NCBI GenBank assembly: GCA_013265495.1
Contig: MU058221.1
Coordinates: 1,302,001-1,366,000 of the forward strand
Source of the DNA: Vicugna vicugna
Lineage: Eukaryota
DNA length: 64,000 bases
Direction: 5' to 3'
Shown here: positions 25,644 to 37,463 of the stretch, piece by piece
Numbering within the stretch: position 1 is the first letter of the stretch
Layout of the letters: each line of letters starts with the position of its first letter
The notes under the pieces: generated by a model
The model's input: the letters and a program-made list of their open reading frames with translations, nothing else
Databases searched by the model: none
Told to the model about the DNA's origin: nothing
Made by a program: the position numbers and the translations under genes

Positions 25644-26092
25644 TGTTGCCAGAGAAGAGGTTCTTGCCTCGCACAGGGAAGAATTCAAGAGCGAGGCGTG
25701 GGAAAGCGAGCGCAGGTTTGTTTAGGGAGGTGCGCCCTCCATGGCCAGAGGGGGTCCGTCTCACGCAGAAGGGAAGACGGCTCAGGAGACACGTATCCCT
25801 CAGGCAGAGCGTGGGCCGTCTCAGAAAGGCGGGAGGGAGAGAGGCTGAGAGGTGTGCGGGCGTTTAGTTTGCAGTAGAAGTAGATCCACGCGCCGTAGAC
25901 ACAGTGTGGCCGTCTCAGAAGACGAGAGAGCGACCGCGAGGTGTGCAAGTGTCGGTTTTCATGGGCTCGGTCATCTCGTGGTCTAACGAGCAGGAGGGTT
26001 ATCCCAACTATTTGAGGGAAGGGGTGGGGATTTCCAGCAGTTGAGCTCCCACCCAATTTTGGACCTTCTATGGTCAGTCTGGGAACTGCCAT
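25644..26092 (-). mobile_element. ERV1-type LTR, truncated, same family as 52403-53027
   Basis: ttcttgcctcgcacagggaagaattcaagagcgagg and three ccgtctca units; collinear with ccttggcttgcgcaggaaagaattcaagaacaagcc at ~52490. Confidence 0.75.
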
Positions 26093-27429
26093 ATTATTAC
26101 TGGCATCTCCTATAAAGGGAAACCCTTTATTTCAGGCCACGGGACACATGTTCTATTACATAGACACACATGTATTATCCATATGCATCCACATCCCTGA
26201 AGCCCGAGACATACTCCGTGCATAAAGCAGACATCATTGTTCTTTTACTATTGTTGAAACAAGTGAAAAGACTTAGAGAAAGGAAAAGACTGGGAAATAG
26301 AAATGGAACCCTTTCTGATAATCTTAATCTGGTTCCCCAAAATTGCTGAAAAATGTATGCGCATTTGAATATTAGACATAAAACATTCCAGAATTCCTTT
26401 TCTATACAAAGAGAGACTCTTAGACACAGAAATATATTCTACTTTTTTTCAATCAGTGGTCTCTCATCATGTTCCACGTCATCCAGACAAGTCTTTCTAA
26501 CTTTTTCAAATGGCTGCAGACATTCCATTTGCGTGATATTTCCATATCAGCAGATAAAGGTCAATGTCATTCTTTTTAAATAACTAGAGAGCATTTTGCT
26601 GTATCACAATATCACAGACATGAAATTATTCACGGCTATTTAGGGAGTTCTCAAATATTTGCTTTGGTTTTCCTATTACAAACAATACCAAGAATTAACA
26701 TCTTTGGATGCTTTTTTCTGTATTCATATAAGAATGGTTGAAAGATAAGTTATGGAAATTAGATATTTTGGTCAAACAGTAATTAATTTTGAAATTGGGT
26801 CAGTGTTGGCAAATTGATCACAAAGTATCACGTAAATGAGAAATTCTTGTATTGGTTTCCTGTTTCTTCCATAAAAATTACCACAAACTATGGCTTCTAA
26901 AATTTTTGGCATACTTAAGAAAAAAGGATTTCTATTTCAGCACCACCATCAAATTGACTTAATTTCAGTGGTTTCATACACAGTAAGGGGGTTGTTACTT
27001 GCAATATGCGTTATTTTTCATTGTTATTCTTACCTGGTGAATTTTATCGCATTTATTATGCTCCTAATTTCTTTTGTTTTTGAATTGAAGTCACTTTTAT
27101 TGATTGATTCATTTAGGAAATGATGTTACTTTAAATGACTTAATCAAAATGGTTATTTTGGTCGCCACTTTTTAATGCTTTTCATTTACTGGCTTACAAG
27201 ACAGAACAATGACAGGTGTATAATTTCCTTCACTTTCCAAATACTATGGGTCTTTGTAGGTGACAAAATTCTATGTCTGGAAAAGTCCAGAAGATGAATT
27301 ATGAAACTATTCAAAATAATAAATTAGCCTAGAATGGCCAGATAATACATAATAATACCAATATCTGACTTAGAAACAAATTACGTGTAAAAATGATAAC
27401 GAAGACATTTTTCACAGATAATGACCACA

Positions 27430-27680
27430 TTTGGTTTCTTTCATGGAGTTCATCCTCCATTTTTTATTCCTAATAGAACCTAAGTTTTGTTTTTTGTTTT
27501 TTTATTTTTTTGTTTTTTTTTTTTTTAGGTAGCCACCTCTTCGTGGATTTTAGATCAATGATAATGTAACCAGTCCAACTTCTCTGGCCTGTCGGTGTGA
27601 AGGCTGTTTCCTGAGGGGCTTCCAGGAAAGAGTTTTTGTCTCCAAAGAAAGAGAAGAAAGTGTGTCTAGGCAGATGACGC
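27430..27680 (+). mobile_element. Old MLT1-type LTR fragment with internal T-tract
   Basis: ttcctaatagaacctaagttttg...ggggcttccaggaaagagtttt. Confidence 0.4.
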
Positions 27681-29287
27681 TAATGCAGTTAGATTTCTCA
27701 AACCAAAGGACTTAGAGTTTAAAGCATTAGTCTTTTACAATGACTGCAAGCAAACGTGCCCAACCATTGTCCCAGAGAGAGACACTACGTTATCTTGCGC
27801 AGCAAACAAATCTTCCCTCTAGAAGACATGAGCTCTGTTTTCCAGACCGCTCTGTGTGTTATGCAAACATCCTTACAAAGACAGTGCGGTGCTGTGGACT
27901 GTCAACGCCTTTGTTTACAAGACATGCAGAAATATGAGCTACTCGTGGAAGATTGTCGCCTAACATCTATGGAATAAACTGTAGAAATACAGTTAAAGCA
28001 TAAATATCATTTTTAAAAGGGACCTGATGAATTGACGCAGAGCCAATCCAGAAGAGCCATATTTCATATAACAGACAGATTTATATTTCTCATTGCTTAG
28101 AAGATACTTGACAAATTTTATTTTCGGAAGATGACTTAATTTTCTAAAAACATGAATTATTAGCGCCCCTTTCTAAGCTTTCGTCTGATTCGGAGCGGAT
28201 CCTGATCTGCGTGTGGCAGCTAGCGTGTCTGACTAGCTTATTAAAAAGTCCCCTCATTCAGTGGCTCTGTTTACTCAGGATTTTAAAAGCACTTTGTCAT
28301 TTCAGGGCATTCCTGGCAATTTCAAACCCCGGTTTTGGAAGGGTAACTGCGCTTGACTATCACAGGGGCAGGTCACTTAAAAAACTGTCACAACTTTATG
28401 GACCTACGCATAATAGTTGATGGAACGTAATGAGCTTTTCATTTTTATGAACACTGGTTTGTTTAAATACTGACATAAAACTACTTTTGCAAATAGCAGC
28501 CCCAGGAAAAAAAGAAAAAGAATTACCTGTCCTAATGTGGTAGCTCTATACCCTGTAAATATGGTCTTGAAATCTTGAGAGGTCTCCTGGCTTTATTATT
28601 TCAATCACCCTTTTATTGATACATGTTACCTGAATTGACAAGGCTGTTTGAATGTCCTGCTGCATAAAACTAAATCAATTCACAGAGGAATGCTGAGGGA
28701 GCACAGATTTATTAACATCGGGACGTATAATATGTAGGAATATATGACAAAAGAGATGTTTTGTATTTCAATAGCAGAAAATTCATATATATTGTAGTAT
28801 GTAACAATATGTAGGAGGGAAAGGTGATCACTCTGTTGAATGGCTTTGGTATCACAATGAAACACAGCAGCTACGCATTTTCTTCCCCTAAAGCAAGGTT
28901 TGGAGTCACATCTGAATCATGGGAAGGAACAGCTAACCATTTATAAAATAAATGAATTTCAACGGAATCACAAATCACTAATATTTACCAGTTAAGGGCA
29001 TTCTTAATATAACACATTATAATACGTTGTGAATGATGCATCTTAGACTATGCAAATCCCCACAGAAATTAAGGAGGGATTCTGCTCATCCATTTTATGC
29101 GCCATATGCTTACACGAATCCTAGAGACAGACTCACATAAGGAGCGCAGTGCTGTGGCCACGTGTGAAGCACGTCTGTGAAAATGATCTCCAGGGTGACA
29201 AAGAATCTCAGATCAGAGCAGACGGAGTTTAAAACATCGTGTGGAAGAACCCCCACTCAGGACTGTCCAGCAATGTCCGTCTTAAAG

Positions 29288-29461
29288 CCGTTGTTCTCAA
29301 AGCTGGGTGTACGGTGGAATACTCTGAGAAACCCTAAAAATTGCCGAACCAATTAAATCCCAGTTTCTGGGTGAGAGAAGGGGGACCAGTGGCCCCGTCT
29401 TGGGACTACCTACAACTCTTCTAGGTGTTTACGTTTATCGCGAAAGGACTGAGGACCAACC
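29288..29461. mobile_element. MER5-family DNA transposon
   Basis: ccgttgttctcaaagctgggtgtac...ccaattaaatcccagtttctggg...ctgaggaccaacc, with degenerate TIRs. Confidence 0.6.
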
Positions 29462-30085
29462 AGTCAGAGAGTCTTGAATCTTAACTGCCGGACGTTTCAT
29501 TGTTAAACTTATTAAATTTGTCAAATGCTGCTTTGCCAGAGTCTGGCAGTAATATTCACGTTACCAATGCAGTTAGGTCGTTTCATGCCATTTTGTGGAT
29601 GTAAGGTCTTTGTCAAATACCTGAAAGTACTAGTATTTTTGTTTCTTCTTTGTATCCTGGATTACATTTGGTTCCACTGAGTTCAGTTTTACTAATTCAT
29701 TTATATATATTTCATCTTAACTTTTCTCAGTGCCTTTTATCTATTTATGCCACAGAACTTGAACTGTCTCTTGATGCTTAAGCATGAAAGATCACATGGA
29801 TTATTCACCTGATATAATTTTACTCAGTCACTTCTAGACAGGAGTGTTTACCTGTGGGGACTTCTCTAGAAATAGAGAAGTGACTCCGACTTCCACTTGT
29901 GGTCTTCAGTTTGCCACATGGTTGGCTTTCTGTGGGTTGTGGGAGGACAGAAAATTGCCAAGCATTTTACCCAAGACCAAGGACTGTTAGAATTTAAGAG
30001 TAAATAGGAACTTCAGAGCCAAGCGCTGCCCTAAGAGTACAAGTCAGCCATGTGGGGAACCATTAAAAACCCTGGGCGATGCTGC

Positions 30086-31120
30086 ATTTTTATTTTTTTT
30101 CCAAGTTTATTGAAACATAACTGGCACATAAACTGTGTGAGTTTAGGATGAACCTTGTGGTGCTTGTGTTTACACTGCAGAGTGACTGCCACAGCAGGGT
30201 TAATCCTCACACCCATGAGTCCTGTTTTTGTATGAGATGAGAGTATTTAAGGTCTACAATCCTAGCAAATTTCAAGCATACAATGCAGTATTATCAACTC
30301 TAGTCAATATATTGTGCATTAGATTCCAGGACTTACTCGTATTTTAAACAGAAGTTTGTAGCCTTTCACCAACATCTCCCCATTGCCCCCAAACCCCAGC
30401 CCTTGGAAACCACCATTCTTCTGTTTCTGTTAGTTCAACTTTTTAGATTCCAAATACAAGTGAAATCATGCATATTTGTTCTTCTCCATCAGACTTACTT
30501 CATAATGTTCTCAAGGTCCATCCATGTTGTCTTGAATGGACGCATTTGCTTTTTTTTAGCTGAAAAATGTCTCAGTATTATAGATAGATAGACAATAGGT
30601 GCACATCTATAACCCATCTCTCTATATCTGTATATGAATCTCACACACTTTCTTTACCCATTCATTTGTCGATCGACATTCAGAACGTTTCCATGTCTTG
30701 ACTACTGTGAATAATTCTGCAATGAACGTGGGGGTACAGATATCGCTTCAGGATAGTAATTCCATTCCCTTTAGATGTAGACCCAGAAGTAGGATTCTGG
30801 GGTCGTCTAGTAGTTCTACTTTTATTTTGGGGGGACCTATATCCTATTTTCCATGGTGACAGCCCCAATTTACATTCCCATCACTAGTGCACAAGAGTGT
30901 CTCTTTCTCCACATCGTCCCTGCTTTCTGTCTTGGCTTTTCGGTAACAGCCATGGTGACAAGTGTGGGTGACGTCTCACTGTGGCTATGAGCGCATCTCC
31001 CTGATGGTGAGTGACGCTGAGCACCTCTCTGGTCCGTCTGCTCATCATTTGTCTCCTGGACAGTTACAAAGTCTTCTGAACTGGTCTGTAGTCCTTCGAT
31101 TTGTGCACCACTGCAGCCCA
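30086..31120 (-). mobile_element. L1MA-type 3' end plus ORF2 C-terminus, 5'-truncated
   Basis: T-tract then caagtttattgaaacataac; ttccatgtcttgactactgtgaataat; acccagaagtaggatt; aatttacattcccatca. Confidence 0.85.
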
Positions 31121-31199
31121 CCTTATACACAGAAGAGAGATTTTTTTTTAATTACACAAAGTATATTTTCTTAACACAGAATGAGATTGTCTTACTTCC

Positions 31200-31580
31200 C
31201 AGGTACAAACCTAAACCTTAAAATGGTTACTGATTAGAGCAAAAATAAAATCCAGTCTTCTCGTATGATCAAGTCCCTGACCAGTTACAAATCTTCCCTC
31301 TGCTCTGCGTCCTCCAGCCTCACTGTGGTTCTTTTTATTCTTTGAGCATTTCAGGCTCCTTCCCAACGGGAGCGAATTGCTCCTTTCCTGAGGTAAAGCT
31401 CTTTTTTACTCATTTCCCGTGGCTCATTCATTCTCATAATTTAATTCACAGTACAAAACCCTCTTACAAGACTTTGCATGGTCACTGTACTAAAGTAAGG
31501 CTCCATTTTAATCTATTCTTGTCTTGGATTATTTCTTTATTGCACATAAAATTATGCAATTTATAATGATTTTTCTAACT
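31200..31580 (+). mobile_element. L2 fragment
   Basis: aataaaatccagtcttct...ctccagcctcactgtggttctttttattctttgagcatttcaggctcc. Confidence 0.55.
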
Positions 31581-32379
31581 TTTTTTCCTGTTCACATTCC
31601 AACTATTTAATTTCTTTTAATTAAAATACCCTAACAGTCCCAACTGCTTATTTCTGTTACTAGCATTACCTTTGGAATCACCGAGGCTGAAAATGGGAAG
31701 AGCTGTTTCTCACTTACCTTCTTTGATTCTCATACACACTCACGTGTCACGTTTTCTTCATTGCGTTTCTTTCTTGTCCTTTATCGATGCCTTTCTCTTT
31801 TGCTCCTGGTGCCACACCCCTCTTTCAGATCCTTCTTATATTTCTCCTGCATCATGATATGTTCTTAGAAAAAGAAGAACGTATTGAAGGCACTTTAAAG
31901 ATAATATTCAACTGTTTTACTAAATGTTTATTTCATGGACATCGGGAAAAAAGCAGTTTTCTAATTTTTACCATTGTGTGTCCTTTGCTTGAAACTTACA
32001 TTACTTATTTTTGGATTACTTACATTTTCTCTGTTTTCACCATGAAACATACTCCATTCCTATAGCGAGGTTTGTAAACAACACAGACTTTACAGGAGAT
32101 TTTGGAAATACATGTTTATGTGGGAGACTACAGCGTTTCATCGGAAAGTTCCCATCGCACATCTTTCTCTTCATCTTACAAAGTCTCCTCCTTTTTCAGC
32201 TGTAGCCCTCAGTATTTCGAACGTTGGCCCCCCTTCAGCTCTAAGTTCCTCTTGCCCAGGCCCTCTCCATCTTGCTTCAACCCTCAGCACGGGGCCCACT
32301 GCATCGTTTGCCAGGCCTGTTAAAAAAAAAAAAAAAAAGGAGATGTGGATTCGTTCAAAATTCAGAAAATGAGCTTCTG

Positions 32380-33480
32380 CTGTCTTCGCTCGGCCCCTGC
32401 CGTGGGGTTTTCCCCTTTGCTGCTTCGTGATGCACTGTGCTTGCCTCAGGGACGCTGGTGGGGGCCGCGCGGCGCCCCCGAGGCGCACAGGCTCCCTGTC
32501 CACCCCCGCCTGGTACCAGGGCCAGCGGGCAGCGCGGCTCCCCCCGCGCCCCCAGGCGTGGGCAGCCACCGCCCTGCTCCGGGGAAGCAGGGGCACTGCG
32601 AGGAGCACTGCGCCCAGCCTGGGCTGCTAGCCCTCCTCCCGTGGGACATCAGCCGCAAAACACACCGTCAGAGACAAAGTACGAAGAATTTCAGGAGGGA
32701 AATGACACGCGTGGGGCTGGGTCCACGCGTGGCGGCTGACCCTGCCTGCTCAGATCAGTGTAATTCCGGCCCGAGCCCTACCTCCAAGATTAAACATTCC
32801 TGAAATCTCTAGATCGTTCCATATATGGCAGCTCACGGTAACGTGGGTGAAGAGATGGTTGTTGCTCGGCCAGCCAGAGGTTCGTTGCGATACAGGTTAA
32901 CTTTACTTTGAAGATTGCTTCATAGAAGCTAAATAACAACGGTATTGTTTGGGTTTTACGGTCAATAAAAGAATAAAAAAAGAATGCATCGTGTTCACTA
33001 CAAGGTAGCAAAGCCACATCACGTCTTGCCTCCGTATAAGGACGCGTGCGCGGAGAGCTGAGTTCGCTGGGTTCCCCGCTGGCATCTGAGCGCACCGCTG
33101 GAAGCAGCAGACGGGCCCTGGGCCTTTACTCTGCCGCTCCTCGCCGGTGCCTCTGGTGGGACGCGGGCTCAGCTCCCTCTCTTCATCTCACCCCTCCTTA
33201 AATGACAGATCGCTCTGCTAGTTATTCATCTGGAAGCACACTCGTCATCCGGGGCGGCGTTTTCTGAGCATCGCTGGGTGGAAGCGCTTTATTATTTGGA
33301 GTGAGACCGTGGCTTCCCAGCTGTAACCTCCCTTCCGAAGGAAGCTCGTGCCCCTTCTCAGGAGAGGAAGGAACGCACAGGAAAGGGTGGAGAGGCACGA
33401 AGGGGGGCCACAGTGCAGCTGCCGTCGCCACAGAGGAGAGCGCAAGGGCTTCCGTTACTGCCAACGTGGTGTCCAGCAGT
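32380..33480. promoter_or_regulatory. CpG-rich, GC-rich patch (CpG-island-like; function unknown)
   Basis: Dense CpGs (ggggccgcgcggcgcccccgaggcgc, cgcgtgcgcgg, ggggcggcg) in an otherwise AT-rich background; no linked exon found. Confidence 0.45.
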
Positions 33481-35640
33481 CCTTCTCTTAATTTCAACAC
33501 GCTATGTAGGTAGATTAAAAAAATATGTGGGAGGCATGATTCCCATTTTGCTGTCTAGAATTTTCATTTTCTGAAGTGACTTGGAGTCATATTTAGCAAT
33601 AAATATATTTCTACTCTTGGGACATGCCAATTTTATTAGTATTAAATATTTCACTTTACTTACTCAAGTGATCCTAATAAAGGAAAAAAAATGTTCAAAA
33701 ATGTTGTAAGTACATGGGTTCAATACAGCATTCTATCATTTATATTTATTCATATGTATTAAACCAAAATTGTTATGCACCCACATTGTGCCAAGCACCA
33801 TACTGGGCATAACAAAGTGTCCAAAAGATGATTGTTGAGCAGAAAAACAAATGAGTGAAGTCTCATGCCCTTACAGATCTGTGTGCTAATAATCAGAAAA
33901 CCTGCTTTTACTGCCTTTAACTGGGGACTATTTTATAATGGTGCCCATATCTTTAATGGGGAATTGCATTGCTTTTGTTTTTAACTTCATTAACACAGTG
34001 TTTTCTTGAATGTGAACCCACTATAAAAAGAGATGCAGGTGATACTTTGTGAAGGAACGTGTTCATTTCGTCTGTATGTACTACGATGGTACGCAATTAC
34101 ATTATTAAGAAGATTTTAATTATGCTCAGCGATAAGTCATTTAGATACGATCGCTTATTTCATGCTGTAATGATGTTTTTCATCTGCTCAGTCTACCATG
34201 AAGTGTCAGGTATAAATTATAACCCAAGCATTTCATCTTTCACTTCTTATAATGATTTAGGCTGAATTTTAACTTGAGTTCTTCCCGACTTTCTCTGTGC
34301 TAAGCATTCAGATAGGGAAGATTATAATTTCATTTGTATTTAATAGTTAAGTCTCCCACTCTCCAGCCTGAACATGTTGACCTCAATTATTCCTACAAAT
34401 CAGATTAGCCTTGTTGGCTTCAATCATTTCATTTATTATGAGACATGAAAAAACGGATATATTCAAAGCAACTGTCTTCCAAGTAGCAATGATCAGCAGG
34501 ACCGGTGTGTTTAGAGAGAGAAATGTGTTTTCTCCTCGTGGATTTAGGGCATGGATTATAAGATTAAGCCGATCTACCTGACCAACCTGGCTGGAGGAAT
34601 GGAGAGTGACCTCCATCGTCCTCACGGTACAATAGCTCTCTCCAGGACTAATCAAAGCTGCAGAATAAGGGCGTAAATGCTCCTTCAAATCCTCGTCTTT
34701 GTACCCTGATAGGGAGTCTGTGATGAATAACTGGTGCAAACATCAGACCGCATTAACCAGACTACCACAGCACAGCAAAGACGCCTTCCCCATAGTCTCC
34801 AAACGTTCGAAGAAGATGTCTTCCCTGTTGGAAGTGTAAAAAGCCAACCATGTGCATAAAGTCTGTGAACTTTCTGCAACGAGTATGCACCTTGCACGTA
34901 ACTGAATATATCACACATGACCTTTAGCATGTCTCTCCTCTGACTCTTTTGTAAAAATCATCACATATTTTAAAGCAAATATGAATTAAATATATAAAGT
35001 ACTCTTATTGTATCTAATTCTTCAGTTCAGATCTCCACTCTGCATTGTGGAATTAGAATTTGCTTTCTAAATGAATTATCATAATGCCCTAAGTAATAAC
35101 AACAACAAAAGGTATGGTTTAAAGTCAATTACTTGAGAATCATTTGTTAGCTGTGTATCCTTTGCTAAGCCTGGCATAAAACAGGTCATATCGCAAAAAG
35201 ATCTCAGGTATTTTATTAGTGGAATGGATAATGAGTGGAGGTCTATTGCCTCTTTTCATTTTGATGGTTTATAGTCATTTATTAGCAAACCTTTCTGAAT
35301 GAAGCTCTTTTCAATGTGTTTCATTGGCGGTTATTCTGTCATTATGTGCACATCTTTGTATGATGAGAAAAGTAAGGTATTACTCATGATTGCCTAAATT
35401 TTAAGGCAACAATTTCCCAAAATCTCTCTCTTGTTACCCTTTTGATGGAACCATGTGTTTTTCATCTCTGATGTTCTGCGACCTTATAATGAAGTATTTG
35501 GACAAATGGTTCCATCAGTGTGAAAAATGACTGTGGCGAGCTGTGTTATCTGCCTTGAGTCTACAAAGGGACCAAATGCTTCTGGATGATCCCCATTCAT
35601 TGTTTTTCTACAAGATTTCTTAGTATAAGAAATGGGTGTG

Positions 35641-35790
35641 GGGGGAGGGCATAGCTCCAGTGGTGGAGCACATGCTTAGCATGAAGGAGGTCCTGGGTTC
35701 AATCCCCCGGTACCTCCTCCAAAAATAAGTAAACCTAATTACCTTGCCTCTCAAAAAAAAAAAAAAAACTAAACTAAACTAAACTAAAAA
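35641..35790 (+). mobile_element. tRNA-Ala(AGC)-derived camelid SINE (vic-1 type), monomer 1
   Basis: A box tagctccagtgg, anticodon arm tgcttagcatg, B box ggttcaatccc, tail taaacctaattacc + A/(CTAAA)n. Confidence 0.85.
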
Positions 35791-35925
35791 GGGGGACAGT
35801 ATAACTCAAGTGGTTGAGCACATGCTTAGCACACACAGGGTCCTGGGTTCAATCCCTGGCACCTCCTCTAAAAATAAAAATAAACCTAATTACCTCCCTC
35901 TACCAAAATAATAATACTAAAAAAA
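35791..35925 (+). mobile_element. tRNA-Ala-derived camelid SINE (vic-1 type), monomer 2
   Basis: Same head and tail as monomer 1. The dimer is flanked by TSD aagaaatgggtgtgg (35627-35641) / aagaagtggatgtgg (35924-35938). Confidence 0.85.
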
Positions 35926-36269
35926 GAAGTGGATGTGGTGGGTACTCCTTCCTGGCCAGAGTGTATCATTTCACCACTGCCACACCTAAAGCTCTTTAAC
36001 TTCTAAAAGTACTTTATCGTCTTTGGAATCATAGGTGCACAATTGCTGCTCCCTAAGGATAGCTGCAGAATGCTTAGCTCGCTGTCAGAGGCTTCGTACA
36101 ACTTTTCATGGTCAACGTGAGCACATGGTCTGTCAGTCACAGCGCTCTTCCCTCAGTGCTCGGTTCCTCACACCCCCGGTCCCTTATTTCCCCTCTAGTT
36201 TCTGTCTGAGATCCGTCACTGCCGTCTTGATCACCAGCTCTGTGCTGACCACCCCTAGCGCCCTGTTTG

Positions 36270-36880
36270 CTTACGTTCGAGGGAAACCAGCGCGGCGAGG
36301 GGAGCGGGGGCCGGGAACCGCCCGGGGAGGTCAGCGCTGGGGTCCGAGGGGAACGCAGCAGCCTGGACGCCGTCTGCGGTCACAGTGACCTTGCCTGTGG
36401 GAGACGCCACTCAAAATTCAAATCACGCATCTTGCCCCCTTATTACGAAATCATCACCGCAAAACGGATCGTTACTTGTCTTCGCAAGTCACATGCCCGC
36501 AGGGAGAGAACGTGCTGACTGAGCGGCGTGCCTGTTGCTGTGGAAGCTGCCCCCAAGTCGGAAAGCAAGCGGCCCCCGCGTTACGGTGAGCTTTCCGCTC
36601 AGCAGGTGCGCCCCGCCAGGCCTCCCGGGCCCTGGACAGCGGTGCCTCTCCCTGTGGGTCAGCAAGTCGGCAGTGCGGGATCGCCCTTCCCAGCGCTGGT
36701 TCTGCAGACGGACCTGCCGGAGAGGAGGAGGGCGGAAGGCGGATGCTGGGAGAGAGGGAAGGCCGGAGCTCGAAGCTGCTGGCCTGAGCCAGCTCGGGGG
36801 GTGGCCTTCAACAACGGAGTGAGACGCCCCGCTCTTCACCGCAGACGCTGGGGCTGAGCCGGGGCGGAGGCTCTGGGGAG
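36270..36880. promoter_or_regulatory. CpG-island-like patch with GC box (ggggcgga ~36861)
   Basis: High GC and CpG density over ~600 bp between oppositely oriented SINEs. Confidence 0.4.
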
Positions 36881-37310
36881 GCTCACTAGCTACCAGATGC
36901 AGCTTTACTGGCAGGCTGGTTAACAAGTCCTGGCCCAGTTTCTTCAACTGCTGGGAAAAAACCACAGGGAACAGCATGATTCAGAAATCAGAAGCTGGAT
37001 AAGGACCATTTGGTAAAGAAAATGCGTTTCACTTTGGCAAAGCTAAAGACAGAACGGCTGGATGCAGATAATTACGGGATTAGGCGTTCTAGATCCAGCT
37101 CATTAGGGGCCCAGGGGGACCCTGCCAAACCCAGTCATGACTGGGGAAGACCCCCAGGGCAAGCTCAGCAGAATGGCTTTGTATTGTCATTGTCACATCT
37201 ACTGCATTAATTCACGATTTTCTTGGAGCTCATCTGTGTCCACGATTGACGCCACAGGCATAAGGCACTACAGTGAGACTATTGTGAGTTATACAAGATA
37301 AGCCCACTAT

Positions 37311-37463
37311 TTTTTTAACGTTTTATCTATGTATTGTTGTATTTATTTTATTTTGGTAGCAGGGGAGGTAATTAGGTTTATTTTTAGAGGAGGCACTGGG
37401 GATTGAACCCAGGACGTCGTGCATGCTAAGCATGTGCTCCACCACTGAGCTGCACCCTCCCCC
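37311..37463 (-). mobile_element. tRNA-Ala-derived camelid SINE (vic-1 type)
   Basis: Reverse complement of the 35641 element (ggggattgaacccaggac...catgctaagcatgtgctccaccactgagct). TSD core agcccacta at 37301-37309 and 37467-37475. Confidence 0.9.

Noticed and set aside
32171..32803. 145-152-aa ORFs in the CpG patch (similarly 36489-36977, 55970-56395, 56662-57198)
   Set aside because: Low-complexity P/R/G/A peptides open in several frames, as expected from GC content; no recognisable domain.
35641..35720. tRNA-Ala(AGC)-like sequences (also 35791-35865 and minus-strand 37390-37463)
   Set aside because: Each is followed by the same SINE tail (taaacctaattacc + A-rich) and flanked by TSDs; they are SINE heads, not tRNA genes.
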